From: an uncultured Ignavibacteria bacterium | Lineage (GTDB): Bacteria; Bacteroidota; Ignavibacteria; Tepidaquicellales; OLB5 | Length of the DNA: 64,000 nucleotides | Assembly (NCBI GenBank): GCA_937873695.1 | Contig: CALMYL010000015.1 | Location: 39,247 to 103,246 of the forward strand | Reading direction: 5' to 3' | In this document: piece by piece, positions 28,975 to 39,646 of the stretch | Position numbering within the stretch: the stretch's first letter is position 1 | Layout: every line of letters starts with the position of its first letter | Notes under the pieces: generated by a model | Seen by the model: the letters and a program-made list of their open reading frames with translations, nothing else | Told to the model about the DNA's origin: nothing | Databases searched by the model: none | Program-made: the position numbers and the translations under genes

Positions 28975-29676
28975 TTATATCAGCTCCAGAATTTCGGTTT
29001 CTGAATATTTCTTCATTAATACTTCTTTCAGTTTGTCTTTTGCCCTGAATATCCGGTTCTTTACAGTTCCCAAAGGAAGTTTCAGTGTTTCAGCGATCTC
29101 TTCATGCGAAAGATCGTTAACATAAAAAAGCGTTAATATGGTTGAGTATTTTTCAGGGATCTCTTCAAGATACCTGTTTACAACTTCCTGCATTTGGTTA
29201 TCCAGTGTCATCCTGTCAGTATCATAAACACCGCTCATATGATATTTGTCCCTGTCAATTGACATCTCAAAGCTGTTAATATCGGTAACTTCACCTTCAT
29301 CGTTTCTTTTTGTATCATCAATATTAATCAGGTTATATGTTTTTGCTTTGTGTTTCTTGTAGAAATCAATAGCCGTGTTGTAAACGATCCTGTAAAAATA
29401 AGTTGAGAATTTAGACCTCTCTTCGAACTGCTTATCGGCTATGGCTCTGAAAGTTTTTATGAAAGCCTCCTGCAGCGCGTCTTCGGCATCTTCGGAATTC
29501 TTGAGTATCCTCATAGCAAGCGTCATCGCTCTATCCTTATACCTGTTGACGATCTCTTCGAACTCTTCGATCTTCCCAGCCTGGATCTTCTTGATTATAT
29601 TCAGTTCCAGATCATTCATGCATGATTCTACCTGCTGTTTTGACACCGGTTTTCTATTTTCACTAAATATAAACAA
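28975..29676 (-). CDS. ECF-type sigma-70 family RNA polymerase sigma factor with a long region 2/region 4 linker; the start may be the internal Met near 29619
   Basis: Region 2 DAEDALQEAFIKTF...YFYRIVYNTAIDFYKK; region 4 LSHEEIAETLKLPLGTVKNRIFRAKDKL. Confidence 0.85.
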   Translation of the reverse strand: MFIFSENRKPVSKQQVESCMNDLELNIIKKIQAGKIEEFEEIVNRYKDRAMTLAMRILKNSEDAEDALQEAFIKTFRAIADKQFEERSKFSTYFYRIVYNTAIDFYKKHKAKTYNLINIDDTKRNDEGEVTDINSFEMSIDRDKYHMSGVYDTDRMTLDNQMQEVVNRYLEEIPEKYSTILTLFYVNDLSHEEIAETLKLPLGTVKNRIFRAKDKLKEVLMKKYSETEILELI

Positions 29677-29715
29677 AAATGTTTTAACTTATTATTTATT
29701 AACTGTTAGATACCG

Positions 29716-30702
29716 TTATTTCCTGGTAGAATCAGCGTTTTTAGGTGCCCCCTGCAGATCATTTTGTGTACCTTTTGGCGTATCCAAGCGTGTATTACCG
29801 GTTGCGTCCTTATCACCATTTTCATCTACGTTTTCAATATTGATAGAAGGTCCATCGTCATCGTCAAAATCAATTTTAAATTCAAAAGAATCATCCTTTT
29901 TGGGAAGATATTTGGAAGCATCAAAAGAAATACTGCCATTTGTGCATTCAATCCGGATCATGCTGCCGCCCTTTCCAAGTATCCCGCTGAGATTACGTCT
30001 TTCTGAGTTCACATCTGTAAAAGCAATATCTTTAAACTTCACCCTTCCGTGAACTGTAGATGCATTTACTTCAGCGTCAACATTCTTTAATCCGCCTATC
30101 TTAACATCACCATTTACAACACTTATGTTAATTCCCGGTGTTATTGAGTCAACATTGCATACAACCAATCCGTTAACCCCCTCAACATCTATCCTTCCGC
30201 GGCAATTGAATATATTGATCTTACCGTTCACAGTTTCTGCTCTTACATCGTTCATAATGCGGGTAATAGTTGTGGTTCCGTTCACAGTTTCAGTATACAC
30301 TTTCATATTGGCGGGAACTTTAATATCATAATTCACTTCTGCATTATTGCTTCTTCTGAAGATTCCCGAGTTTGAGTTATTTATTTCAGTTTCTATTTTT
30401 ATATCATTGCCTGTTGAATCGATAATTATCTTAACATTCTCAATTGATCTGTCCTGTTCATCGTGTTTAACATCAGCAACAATTTCAGCTGCAATCCTGA
30501 TCTCGCCTGTAGTATCGCTGCTGCTGGAAACATTTATCCTGCCGTTGATATTATCAATATGAATTGAAGTTTTTCCGTTTCCGTTCAAGGTATACTTCAC
30601 GTTCTCTTTCTTTTCAACCCTTTTTTTCAGCAGGCTGCAGCCGTTAAACCCGATCATCATCGTGCCCAGGACTGCAGCTATTATTATATTTCTTAAGTTC
30701 AT
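29716..30702 (-). CDS. DUF4097-type (LiaG-like 'putative adhesin') beta-helix repeat lipoprotein
   Basis: Lipoprotein-like signal (FNGCS); repeated VNG-x-I/V strands (INGRINV, TVNGTTTI, TVNGKINI, VNGLVVC, VVNGDVKI, TVHGRVKF, CTNGSISF). Confidence 0.65.
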   Translation of the reverse strand: MNLRNIIIAAVLGTMMIGFNGCSLLKKRVEKKENVKYTLNGNGKTSIHIDNINGRINVSSSSDTTGEIRIAAEIVADVKHDEQDRSIENVKIIIDSTGNDIKIETEINNSNSGIFRRSNNAEVNYDIKVPANMKVYTETVNGTTTITRIMNDVRAETVNGKINIFNCRGRIDVEGVNGLVVCNVDSITPGINISVVNGDVKIGGLKNVDAEVNASTVHGRVKFKDIAFTDVNSERRNLSGILGKGGSMIRIECTNGSISFDASKYLPKKDDSFEFKIDFDDDDGPSINIENVDENGDKDATGNTRLDTPKGTQNDLQGAPKNADSTRK

Positions 30703-30746
30703 TTTTGTTTAGAATTAATGTGTGTTAATAATATGCCCCGGTTCAA

Positions 30747-31148
30747 TCAGGAATTCTGATTTGAGCTCTGCTGGATCTGAGCGTCCTTTTTCAGCTTTGA
30801 ATTTGCCACGAAGTAATAGATTATGAATCCAAGACCTCCGAATACCAGTACCATTACACCGGTCAGTTCATCTTTGAAACCTGCTTCATCAAGCAGGATA
30901 CCAAAGAATAAACCAATACCTATCATTGAAAGAAGTATTCCCCATTTTAATGAACCCAGTGGATTTTTAGGTCTTTTTTCCGTCTCACGGAAGTAATCTC
31001 TGGCTTCCTGTGGTGTTAAACCCATATCCATCAGCTTGGTTCTTTCTTTGTGTTTTACATATATTGCCCAGAAAATAAGCGCACCGGGAATACCAAATGT
31101 GAATATTATTGCGATTATCGGGATAAATGCTTCTGCTAGACTGTTCAT
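30747..31148 (-). CDS. Small 4-TM membrane protein, first gene of the ECF sigma operon
   Basis: 133 aa with hydrophobic helices flanking a charged loop. Confidence 0.45.
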   Translation of the reverse strand: MNSLAEAFIPIIAIIFTFGIPGALIFWAIYVKHKERTKLMDMGLTPQEARDYFRETEKRPKNPLGSLKWGILLSMIGIGLFFGILLDEAGFKDELTGVMVLVFGGLGFIIYYFVANSKLKKDAQIQQSSNQNS

Positions 31149-31463
31149 TTTATTATGCTCCTTTAAAGTGCCAATCTCCTGAAAATGGAGAATTTTGGCG
31201 ATTTTATATTATTTTTTTACGTTTTTCATCATGTAGATATCTGTTTATTATGACTTGTAAGGGATGATGAAGGTTGCAAATTTTAATGTTTGAAAATAGT
31301 GAAAAACGTAGTGTTTTTGAGGATTTCAGCATTTAATTTGTTGGACAAAGACTTCAAGCCATGTTTTAACAAACTATAGACCTATTTTTGTGCATATCTG
31401 AGAAAGCCGCCAGGTCATTTCTAAAATCTCTCTTTCTTAACCAATTATTGTATATTTTTGAAT

Positions 31464-32135
31464 ATGAAACTGATAATATTTGATATAGATGGTACTTTGT
31501 GCCACTCAAAATATGTGGATGATAGATGCTTTATCAGGGCTTTTGAGATTGTATTAGGTATTAAACTAAAGAATACAGACTGGAATAGTTATGGCCATGC
31601 AACCGAACTTCACATTACAAAACAAATCTTAAATGATCTAAAAGAAAACTCCGATATCGGTACTATTAACAAAATTATAAATGCTTACACAGATGAGCTT
31701 AAAACATCCCTGGAGAAAATTGAAAACTCATTTATTGTGATTCCCGGAGCAAGAGAGTTATTTGAATATTTAATAAATCATAAAGATTATAAAGTAGGTG
31801 TTGCCACCGGGGGATTCTTAAAACCCGCTAAATATAAATTATCAGCTTTAGGCTTCAATATTCAAGATATTAAAATATATAGTTCAGATGATATAAATAC
31901 TAAATATGAAATGATTTCTCTGTTGATTGAGAATTATAAAGAAATATTTGATATATCACATTTCAATAAAGTATTTTATGTCGGAGACAGAGAATATGAC
32001 TATAGCACAACCGTTGAACTTGGAATAAATTTCATTGGAATAGATTATGATGAGAACAACAGACTAATGGAACTTGGAATAGAAAATGTAATTAACAATT
32101 ATGAACCAATCGAGAAATTTTTGGCATTAATTTAA
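31464..32135 (+). CDS. HAD-superfamily hydrolase
   Basis: LIIFDIDGTL motif I and GDREYD motif IV; ATG 31464 preferred over TTG 31458. Confidence 0.8.
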   Translation: MKLIIFDIDGTLCHSKYVDDRCFIRAFEIVLGIKLKNTDWNSYGHATELHITKQILNDLKENSDIGTINKIINAYTDELKTSLEKIENSFIVIPGARELFEYLINHKDYKVGVATGGFLKPAKYKLSALGFNIQDIKIYSSDDINTKYEMISLLIENYKEIFDISHFNKVFYVGDREYDYSTTVELGINFIGIDYDENNRLMELGIENVINNYEPIEKFLALI

Positions 32136-32150
32136 GTTTTTTATTGGATT

Positions 32151-32190
32151 GCATCAACTGTGTTGATGCACGCACTGACATAGTCAGTGC
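32151..32190. repeat. Two-hairpin palindromic element, copy 1
   Basis: gcatcaac-tgt-gttgatgc, then ac, then gcactgac-ata-gtcagtgc; second copy at 47128..47185. Confidence 0.75.
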
Positions 32191-32234
32191 ATTTCAAAAT
32201 GAAAATATTCGTGGCACGAGTAATCACTGTATAC

Positions 32235-32298
32235 CTACTCACCAAATTACCTACTTACCTACTTCACCATTTCACTATTTAGCTATTTCACTATTAGA
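32235..32298. repeat. Octamer-periodic array (consensus CTATTTCA, about 8 units) overlapping the MFS gene 3' end
   Basis: ctactcac|caaattac|ctacttac|ctacttca|ccatttca|ctatttag|ctatttca|ctattaga. Confidence 0.7.
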
Positions 32299-33483
32299 AT
32301 CCGTTCCCCTGCCAAAAAGAGCAAAATACAGAGTGCCTAGTACGCCAAATCCGGCAGCTAAGAATAGGTTAAGCTCAGGCGAGACTTGCCACAGCACGCC
32401 GCCTAAAAATCCCGCGAATGCCACAATACCATCACGAATGAAGTAATACATTCCAAAGCTTCGCGCTTCTGTCCCCTTTTTGGAAAGCTCCAGTATGAGA
32501 GCTTTTCTGGTTGGCTCACCGAATTCTTTAAGTCCCCGTATAAAGAACGCAACTGCAAGCAGTCCGAATGAATTGCTGAAATATAACATAAACGGAAAAA
32601 TTGTAAAAAATATAAATGTGATTACTACGAATGGTTTCTTCTCAAGCTTATCAGAATAATTTGCTACCGGAATGAATATCAGTGCAGAGGTAACCATTTC
32701 AATTGCTGTAAGGTAACCAAATTCACTGGCAGAAATTTTGACTACATTTAAACACCATATCACCACAAATACATACGGTATCTGCTCGCAAAATCTGACC
32801 AATATATCTGATACAAGCAGGTTCTTTAATTTCTTATCAAATGTCTTCCAAAGCTGAATTGGATGTATTTTTTCAGGCTTCTCTTCTCGGGTATCTGTAG
32901 TAAGTTTATTTATGAAGATCATTCCGATAAGTGAGAGTGCTATTGATATCCCGAAAGCAATTTTTATCCCGGTTAGTAAACCGAAAGAAACAATCAAATA
33001 TCCCCCTATAATAGGTCCCAATGCCATTGGTACACGGCGTATCAATGAGTGCATTGATATCCCCATAACGGTTTTACCTTTACCCAGAGTTTTGGTTATC
33101 AGGCTCATTGAGCCCGGCAATGCGACGTTAGACCATCCAAAAAAGAACAGCATACCAATGAATACGGCTATCCAGCTATTGAATATTATTGCTATGACAT
33201 ATCCAAATATTGCCAATATGCTGAATACCAGAAAAGCCTTGCGGTTTCCTAAATGATCGGCAATGTAACCGCCCGGCAATGCCCATACAGCGCCCAGGAA
33301 ATTCTGCAGGAAACCAAACGCACCGATAATGAGTATTGATGCGCCAAGTCCATCAAGATACTTAGGAATAAACCGTTCCCACAGCTTTTCGCCCGTGTAC
33401 ATAAGTACAGTTAAGCCCAGCATCAGGATGATGTTGCGCTTAAGTCCGAGGTAGTTAACAGTATCGGTGAGTTTCTTTTTCAA
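32275..33483 (-). CDS. MFS transporter
   Basis: 402 aa, about 12 TM helices, 6+6 layout with a central charged loop. Confidence 0.75.
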   Translation of the reverse strand: MKKKLTDTVNYLGLKRNIILMLGLTVLMYTGEKLWERFIPKYLDGLGASILIIGAFGFLQNFLGAVWALPGGYIADHLGNRKAFLVFSILAIFGYVIAIIFNSWIAVFIGMLFFFGWSNVALPGSMSLITKTLGKGKTVMGISMHSLIRRVPMALGPIIGGYLIVSFGLLTGIKIAFGISIALSLIGMIFINKLTTDTREEKPEKIHPIQLWKTFDKKLKNLLVSDILVRFCEQIPYVFVVIWCLNVVKISASEFGYLTAIEMVTSALIFIPVANYSDKLEKKPFVVITFIFFTIFPFMLYFSNSFGLLAVAFFIRGLKEFGEPTRKALILELSKKGTEARSFGMYYFIRDGIVAFAGFLGGVLWQVSPELNLFLAAGFGVLGTLYFALFGRGTDSNSEIAK

Positions 33484-33550
33484 TATCAGAATTATCCTAA
33501 TGTAATTTCAATTATAAGGATTAAATGTGTACAAAATGGTTCAATTCGGT

Positions 33551-33775
33551 TTATAATATACTAATTAAATCATCCCTTGAAATTTCACAACTTTTTAGTA
33601 TCTTATTTAACAAACCCGGTCCTAATGTTTCATTTGAATGAACCGGTACAACAGTTGCTCTGCCATCTTCATGTTCCATAAAGTGATGGCTCCCTCTTAT
33701 GCGGATTACCGCAAAACCAATTTTTGACAAAGCTTTCACAAGATCTTTTCCGGAAATTCTAGGAAGCCTTGTCAT
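33551..33775 (-). CDS. hicA: HicA-family type II toxin (mRNA interferase)
   Basis: GKDLVKAL...RGSHHFMEH...VPVH motif pattern; 74 aa; overlaps hicB by 17 nt. Confidence 0.85.
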   Translation of the reverse strand: MTRLPRISGKDLVKALSKIGFAVIRIRGSHHFMEHEDGRATVVPVHSNETLGPGLLNKILKSCEISRDDLISIL

Positions 33776-33986
33776 ACTCTATAATAATTCGCTGAACGCC
33801 TATGAAATCGTTCTGCTCGAGATCCTTTCCTTCAACTTCAAGACACAGCTCTATTGCTTCCTGCATTCTTTCCATTAATTCATCCAAAGACTTAGCCTGC
33901 GAATGGCATCCTTTTAGATCAGAAACTGAACCAACATAGTATCCTTCAGAATCACGCTCAATTATTACATTAAATTCTTTTTTCAT
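33759..33986 (-). CDS. hicB: HicB-family antitoxin (short form without an obvious DNA-binding extension)
   Basis: FNVIIERDSEGYYVGSVSDLKGCHSQAKSLDEL is the typical HicB N-terminal fold signature. Confidence 0.8.
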   Translation of the reverse strand: MKKEFNVIIERDSEGYYVGSVSDLKGCHSQAKSLDELMERMQEAIELCLEVEGKDLEQNDFIGVQRIIIEYDKAS

Positions 33987-34032
33987 AGTATATATTTTAG
34001 TAAAGTTATCTATTTTTCTTATAAAAAACTAT

Positions 34033-34060
34033 TAAAAAAAAGGGCTGATAATTCAGCCCT
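34033..34060 (-). terminator. Rho-independent terminator of gcvP
   Basis: On the minus strand: agggctga-atta-tcagccct followed by tttttttt. Confidence 0.8.
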
Positions 34061-34091
34061 TAACTGTAAACTATCAATTGTCAAATATCAT

Positions 34092-36938
34092 CTAAGCTGT
34101 TGCTTCAGAGTAGCTTTCAATCGGCTCACATGAGCACATAAAGTTCCTGTCACCATAGGCATCATCAACCCTTGCGACTGCAGGCCAGAATTTGCTCTCT
34201 TTGATCCCCGCAACAGGGAACGCAGCTTTTTCACGGGAATATTTGTGATTCCAGTTATCTGATGCAATTTCAAATGCCGTATGCGGTGCATTTTTAAGTA
34301 CGTTATCAGTTTTATCTGCATTGCCGCTTTCTATTTCTATTATCTCCGCTTTAATTGCCATCATTGCGTCACAGAACCTGTCAAGCTCATACTTCGATTC
34401 TGATTCTGTTGGCTCTACCATCAGTGTTCCGGCCACCGGGAAAGATACCGTCGGTGCGTGAAAACCGTAATCCATCAATCGTTTCGCAATATCGCCAACT
34501 TCAATTCCAACCTTTTTGAATTCCCTCATGTCAAAAATCATTTCATGGGCAACTCTATCATTGGCACCGGTATATAATACTTTGTATTCATCTTTAAGTT
34601 TTGAAGCGATGTAATTGGCATTCAGTATTGCGGCTTTGGTTGCATCGGTTAGTCCCTTACCGCCCATCATCCTAATATATGCGTATGATATCAATAGTAT
34701 ACTCGAGCTTCCCCAGGGCGCAGCTGATACTGCGTGAATAGCTTTATCTCCGCCGGTTTTAACTATAACATGTCCCGGTAAGAATGGAGCCAGATGTTTC
34801 GCAACGGCTATGGGTCCCATTCCGGGTCCGCCGCCGCCATGCGGTATGCAGAAAGTTTTATGCAGGTTAATATGACAAACATCCGCGCCAATGTAACCCG
34901 GACTTGTCAAACCAACTTGTGCATTCAAATTCGCGCCATCCATGTAAACCTGACCGCCGTTAGCGTGAATTATCTCACAAACTTCCTTTATCTTGGTTTC
35001 AAATACACCATGTGTTGAAGGATAAGTAACCATCAAAGCTGAAAGGTTATCTTTATGCTGCTCTGCCTTAGCCTTAAGGTCATCAACATCAATATCACCA
35101 TGCTCCATAGTTTTAACCACCACGACCTTTAAGCCTGCCATAACAGCGCTTGCGGGATTTGTGCCGTGTGCTGAAGCTGGTATGATAACAACATCACGGT
35201 GTCCTTCACCAACTGACTTTTGGTATGCCCGAATCACCATTAAGCCTGAGTACTCACCCTGTGCGCCTGAATTAGGCTGCAGTGAAACTGCGGGGAGATC
35301 TGTGATTTCTGCAAGTGCGCTCTCGAGTCCCTTAAATAATTCTGCATAACCCTCAGCCTGCTCTACCGGAATGAACGGATGAAGTGTGCCGAACTCCGGC
35401 CATGTGACAGGGATCATCTCTGTGGTAGCGTTTAGCTTCATTGTACATGAGCCTAATGGTATCATCGACATGTTCAGCGAGAGATCTTTGTTTTCGAGTT
35501 TCTTCATGTAACGCAGCATCTCAGTTTCGCTGTGATGTACATTGAATACAGGATTCTGTAAATACTTTGTATTTCGTTTTAAATTTTCGGGAAGCGATGT
35601 TCCGTTTGATGAAGATGAAGATAATTTGCCTCCGAAAATATTAAGAATTTCGTTTACATCTTTTTCGGTAGTAGTTTCATCAAGCGATATTCCGATATAT
35701 TTCTCATCAAAATACCTCAGATTAATTTTTGCTGCTTCAAATTTCTTCTTCAGATCATTTAATTTTTCTTTTGAACCTGCATCAACTTTCAGCGTATCAA
35801 AAAAGTGACCATTGCTCTGTTTATAACCAGCCTGCTTTAATCCATTATTAAGCATTGCTGTTAAGCCATGAATACGTTCAGCAATCACTTTTATCCCAAC
35901 CGGGCCGTGATATACTGCATACATTCCCGCCATAATAGCAAGCAGTACCTGCGCGGTACAGATATTACTTGTAGCTTTTTCCCTGCGGATATGCTGCTCG
36001 CGTGTCTGCAGTGCCATTCTGTACGCGCGGTTACCAAGCCTATCTATAGATACACCGATAATTCTTCCCGGCATAATCCTGCGGAATTCATCCTTGCATG
36101 CGAAGTAAGCTGCATGCGGTCCGCCATATCCCATCGGTACACCAAATCTTTGAGTAGAACCCACTGCGATATCGGCGCCAAATTCACCGGGCGGTGTAAG
36201 TAATGCAAGGCTCATAATATCAGCTGCAGCCACGCAATAAATTCCTTTTGCGTGAGCTTTTTCAAAGAGTGCTTTATAATCATTCACTTCGCCATCGGCA
36301 GTTGGGTACTGTACAAGCAATCCGAAAATATCATCGGTAAGTTCAGTGGTATTTATATCACCTACAACAAGATCAACACCTATTGGTTCTGTGCGCGTCC
36401 TTAATATATCAATTGTCTGTACAAGGCAATCATTTGAGACCAAAAACTTATTGGCGTTCTTTTTTTCGGGTTTTCTTGCGGCAAAAAGCACATGCATTGC
36501 CTCTGCGGCAGCGGTTCCTTCATCAAGAAGCGAAGCATTGGCAACAGGAAGCCCCGTCAGGTCAATTACCATTGTTTGGTAATTCAGCAGCGCTTCAAGT
36601 CTGCCCTGCGATATTTCAGCCTGGTAAGGTGTATACTGCGTGTACCATCCCGGATTCTCCATGATATTGCGTAGTATCACAGTTGGTGTGATAGTACCGT
36701 AATATCCATATCCTATATATGAGCGGTACATTTTATTTTTCAAAGCCATTTCATGCAGATGCTGCAGCAATTCCTGTTCACTTAAGGCATTGCTTAGTTT
36801 TAATTCACTTTTTAATCTTATAGCCGTTGGTACGATCTGGTTCATCAGGTCATCTACCGAAGCTGCGCCAATAACATCAAGCATTTGTTTTACTTCATGC
36901 TCAGTTGGTCCAATGTGTCTGTTAACAAAAGTATGCAT
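34092..36938 (-). CDS. gcvP: Glycine dehydrogenase (decarboxylating), single-chain P protein of the glycine cleavage system
   Basis: 948 aa; FxxRHIGP N-terminus, [14 protein letters not shown], and a PLP-lysine region [16 protein letters not shown]. Confidence 0.95.
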   Translation of the reverse strand: MHTFVNRHIGPTEHEVKQMLDVIGAASVDDLMNQIVPTAIRLKSELKLSNALSEQELLQHLHEMALKNKMYRSYIGYGYYGTITPTVILRNIMENPGWYTQYTPYQAEISQGRLEALLNYQTMVIDLTGLPVANASLLDEGTAAAEAMHVLFAARKPEKKNANKFLVSNDCLVQTIDILRTRTEPIGVDLVVGDINTTELTDDIFGLLVQYPTADGEVNDYKALFEKAHAKGIYCVAAADIMSLALLTPPGEFGADIAVGSTQRFGVPMGYGGPHAAYFACKDEFRRIMPGRIIGVSIDRLGNRAYRMALQTREQHIRREKATSNICTAQVLLAIMAGMYAVYHGPVGIKVIAERIHGLTAMLNNGLKQAGYKQSNGHFFDTLKVDAGSKEKLNDLKKKFEAAKINLRYFDEKYIGISLDETTTEKDVNEILNIFGGKLSSSSSNGTSLPENLKRNTKYLQNPVFNVHHSETEMLRYMKKLENKDLSLNMSMIPLGSCTMKLNATTEMIPVTWPEFGTLHPFIPVEQAEGYAELFKGLESALAEITDLPAVSLQPNSGAQGEYSGLMVIRAYQKSVGEGHRDVVIIPASAHGTNPASAVMAGLKVVVVKTMEHGDIDVDDLKAKAEQHKDNLSALMVTYPSTHGVFETKIKEVCEIIHANGGQVYMDGANLNAQVGLTSPGYIGADVCHINLHKTFCIPHGGGGPGMGPIAVAKHLAPFLPGHVIVKTGGDKAIHAVSAAPWGSSSILLISYAYIRMMGGKGLTDATKAAILNANYIASKLKDEYKVLYTGANDRVAHEMIFDMREFKKVGIEVGDIAKRLMDYGFHAPTVSFPVAGTLMVEPTESESKYELDRFCDAMMAIKAEIIEIESGNADKTDNVLKNAPHTAFEIASDNWNHKYSREKAAFPVAGIKESKFWPAVARVDDAYGDRNFMCSCEPIESYSEATA

Positions 36939-37012
36939 TTTTTTATATAGAAGAGGTGAGTTTTAGTAGTATATTTTGATTTGCAAAAAAACAGTCTAAC
37001 AATCTTGTTTAT

Positions 37013-37834
37013 TTAAGCCCCTTTTTTCTTTTTCTTTAAGCCCATTTTTTCGATCACATCCAGGTTTTTCAAAGCATTGCTGGCAGCTTCCTGCTCAGCG
37101 GTCTTTTTGGTTCTGCCTTTACCGATACCAAGCGCACGCTGGTTTATCTGCACTTCAACCGTGAAAAGCTTATTGTGTTCCGGACCTTCCTGGTTAATGA
37201 CCTTATACTCAGGAATATAGTCTGTATTCGCCTGTGTATATTCAAGCAGTTTGCTTTTATAGTTCTCATCAAACTGGTTAAGCCACTTTACATCAAGCTT
37301 TTTGAATATCTGGTTATTCAGGAAATCTTTTGCAGCATCGTAGCCCCTATCCAGAAATATAGCTCCAACCAATGCTTCATATGCATCAGATAGTATCGTA
37401 TCGTAGCCGTCTTCGATTGATTTAAGTGCTGTAGGTGCCGCAAGCAGAAAACTTTGCAGGTGTATTACTTTTGCGCGCTCCGCAAGGAAGCGCTGGTTCA
37501 CCAGTACAGAGCGGTATTTTGTCAGGTCACCTTCTTCTGAATCAGGGAAATTCTTGTAAAGGTATTCAGCAACAACTGAATCAAGCACGGCATCACCAAG
37601 ATACTCCAGCCTTTCATTGCTTGCCAGCTTAACGCCGTTGGTTCCCTTTGATTTAAGGAATGACCTGTGCGTTAAGGCATTTATAAAAAAATTCTTATGG
37701 ATTATCTGGTAGTCAATACTTGCCTGGAAGGTCTTAAAATCGAAGGAGGCGATAGCGGAGTATATATCATCTTCCTCTTTGCGCCTTTTTAAAACTGGGA
37801 CAAATTTCCTTAGGGTTTTTAATATGCCGAACAT
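37013..37834 (-). CDS. rnc: Ribonuclease III
   Basis: ERLEYLGDAVLD signature and a C-terminal dsRBD (GRTKKTAEQEAASNAL). Confidence 0.9.
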   Translation of the reverse strand: MFGILKTLRKFVPVLKRRKEEDDIYSAIASFDFKTFQASIDYQIIHKNFFINALTHRSFLKSKGTNGVKLASNERLEYLGDAVLDSVVAEYLYKNFPDSEEGDLTKYRSVLVNQRFLAERAKVIHLQSFLLAAPTALKSIEDGYDTILSDAYEALVGAIFLDRGYDAAKDFLNNQIFKKLDVKWLNQFDENYKSKLLEYTQANTDYIPEYKVINQEGPEHNKLFTVEVQINQRALGIGKGRTKKTAEQEAASNALKNLDVIEKMGLKKKKKGA

Positions 37835-37911
37835 ATTATCCTATTCGTAAAATATTCTCTTTTCTCTTGCTTTAAGTACTGCTGATTTATGCACTGCTGC
37901 ATCAAAAAATT

Positions 37912-39162
37912 TTATTCAGTGTACTTTTTGAACACCAATGCAGTGTTATGTCCGCCAAATCCGGAATTATCACACATGACTGTATTGATCTCTTTTTTTA
38001 TAGCTCTGTTAGGTACATAATTCAGGTCCAGTCCCTCATCAGGTGTTTCGTAATTAATAGTCGGGGGAACTATACCCTTATTGATTGTAAGCACTGAAGC
38101 AATTGATTCAACAGCGCCTGCTGCGCCCAAAAGGTGGCCTAACATACTCTTTATTGAATGAACCGGAATATCATAAGCATGTTTGCCGAATACACTTTTA
38201 ATAGCGGCTGTTTCGTTCTTATCGTTGTAATATGTTGAAGTACCGTGCGCATTTACGCAATCAATATCGTTCGGTGTCATATCCGCATCTTTTATTGCTA
38301 TTCTCATAGCCTCGGCAACTCCTTCACCTTCAGGTGCAGGCTCAGTGATATGATGCGCATCTGCTGTCATTCCAATACCTGCAATTTCAGCGTAGATCTT
38401 CGCGCCGCGTGCTTTTGCGAATTCAAGTTCTTCAAGAATCAGTGTTGCACCGCCTTCGCCCATTACAAATCCATCCCTGTTCTTTTCAAAAGGACGGGAT
38501 GCTTTTTCGGGAGCGTCGTTACGGGTTGAAAGCGCTTTCATTGCGTTGAATCCGCCGACACCCATCGGGCAGATAACTGCCTCTGAGCCGCCGGTAACCA
38601 TAACATCCGCGTTACCGCGCTGAATTAACATAACGGAATCTGCAATTGAATGAGCTGATGTAGTACATGCAGAAATTGTAGCGTAGTTGGGTCCCTTAAG
38701 GCCGAACATCATCGAGATCCTGCCTGCTGCAATATCTGCAATAAGCATCGGTATAAAGAACGGACTTATCCTGTCGGGGTTGCCGTTCTTATCATATAGT
38801 TTTCTCTGCTCCTTGTCATAGGTCCACATACCGCCAATACCTGAGCCGTAAACAACGCCAACCCTGTACGGATCAACCTTTGTCATATCCAGCCCGGAAT
38901 CTTTGAAAGCCATTTGTGAAGCTGCAAGTGCAAATTGAGTAAATGGGTCCACACGTGAAGAAAGTTTTCTATCCATGTAATTCAACGGATCGAAATTCTT
39001 TACTTCGCAGGCAAACTTTGTATCAAAGTGTTCAGTATCAAAGTAAGTAATAGGCCCTGCACCGCTTTTTCCCGCAACTATATTATCCCAGAAATCAGCA
39101 ACAGTGTTACCAACAGGTGATACCACACCAAGTCCGGTTATAACAACACGCTTTTTTTCCAT
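37912..39162 (-). CDS. fabF: Beta-ketoacyl-ACP synthase II
   Basis: Active-site ACTTSAH, HGTSTxxND and GHLLGAAG blocks; sits downstream of acpP. Confidence 0.95.
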   Translation of the reverse strand: MEKKRVVITGLGVVSPVGNTVADFWDNIVAGKSGAGPITYFDTEHFDTKFACEVKNFDPLNYMDRKLSSRVDPFTQFALAASQMAFKDSGLDMTKVDPYRVGVVYGSGIGGMWTYDKEQRKLYDKNGNPDRISPFFIPMLIADIAAGRISMMFGLKGPNYATISACTTSAHSIADSVMLIQRGNADVMVTGGSEAVICPMGVGGFNAMKALSTRNDAPEKASRPFEKNRDGFVMGEGGATLILEELEFAKARGAKIYAEIAGIGMTADAHHITEPAPEGEGVAEAMRIAIKDADMTPNDIDCVNAHGTSTYYNDKNETAAIKSVFGKHAYDIPVHSIKSMLGHLLGAAGAVESIASVLTINKGIVPPTINYETPDEGLDLNYVPNRAIKKEINTVMCDNSGFGGHNTALVFKKYTE

Positions 39163-39205
39163 TATATAAATTGAATGATCTTTATATAAAATCGCTTAAA
39201 AGCTA

Positions 39206-39445
39206 TTAAGCAACTTTTGATTTTACATAGCTAACTGCATCTCCAACAGTCTGGATCTTCTCCTGGTCTTCATCGGGGATCTGAATATTGAAACGGTTTT
39301 CAAGCTCCATAATGAGCTCAACTGTATCAAGTGAATCCGCGCCGAGATCATTTATGAATGAAGCGTTTGGTGTTACTTTTGATTCTTCAACGCCTAATTT
39401 TTCTACAATAGCGTCTTTTATCTGAGCTTCTACGTCTACTGACAT
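39206..39445 (-). CDS. acpP: Acyl carrier protein
   Basis: [16 protein letters not shown] phosphopantetheine-attachment motif. Confidence 0.95.
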   Translation of the reverse strand: MSVDVEAQIKDAIVEKLGVEESKVTPNASFINDLGADSLDTVELIMELENRFNIQIPDEDQEKIQTVGDAVSYVKSKVA

Positions 39446-39646
39446 TTATGTCCTCCTGTTTGAGAATTTGAATTTTTATAGAATAATCACAAAAATAGTA
39501 ATAAAATTACTAATTTTAAAGGGGTGATTAAAAGACCAAAATTACAAATAAAGACAGAAAACTGCTCTATTTTATAACAGACAAATTGTGATCCAATGAG
39601 TCCAATTTCCGGATATTCAGCAATAAATAAGAAAACGTGATCTTAG

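Noticed and set aside
32144-32446. The 100-aa plus-strand ORF beginning at the two-hairpin element, and likewise 47040..47222(-) and 47174..47371(-).
   Set aside because: They start in or run through palindromic repeat DNA and octamer arrays, and they overlap the well-supported MFS, nifJ and dsrE-like genes. They are an artefact of repeats lacking stop codons.
36939-37012. A glycine riboswitch upstream of gcvP.
   Set aside because: Only 74 nt separate gcvP from the rnc stop, too short for a glycine aptamer (single or tandem), and no conserved aptamer-like core was visible.
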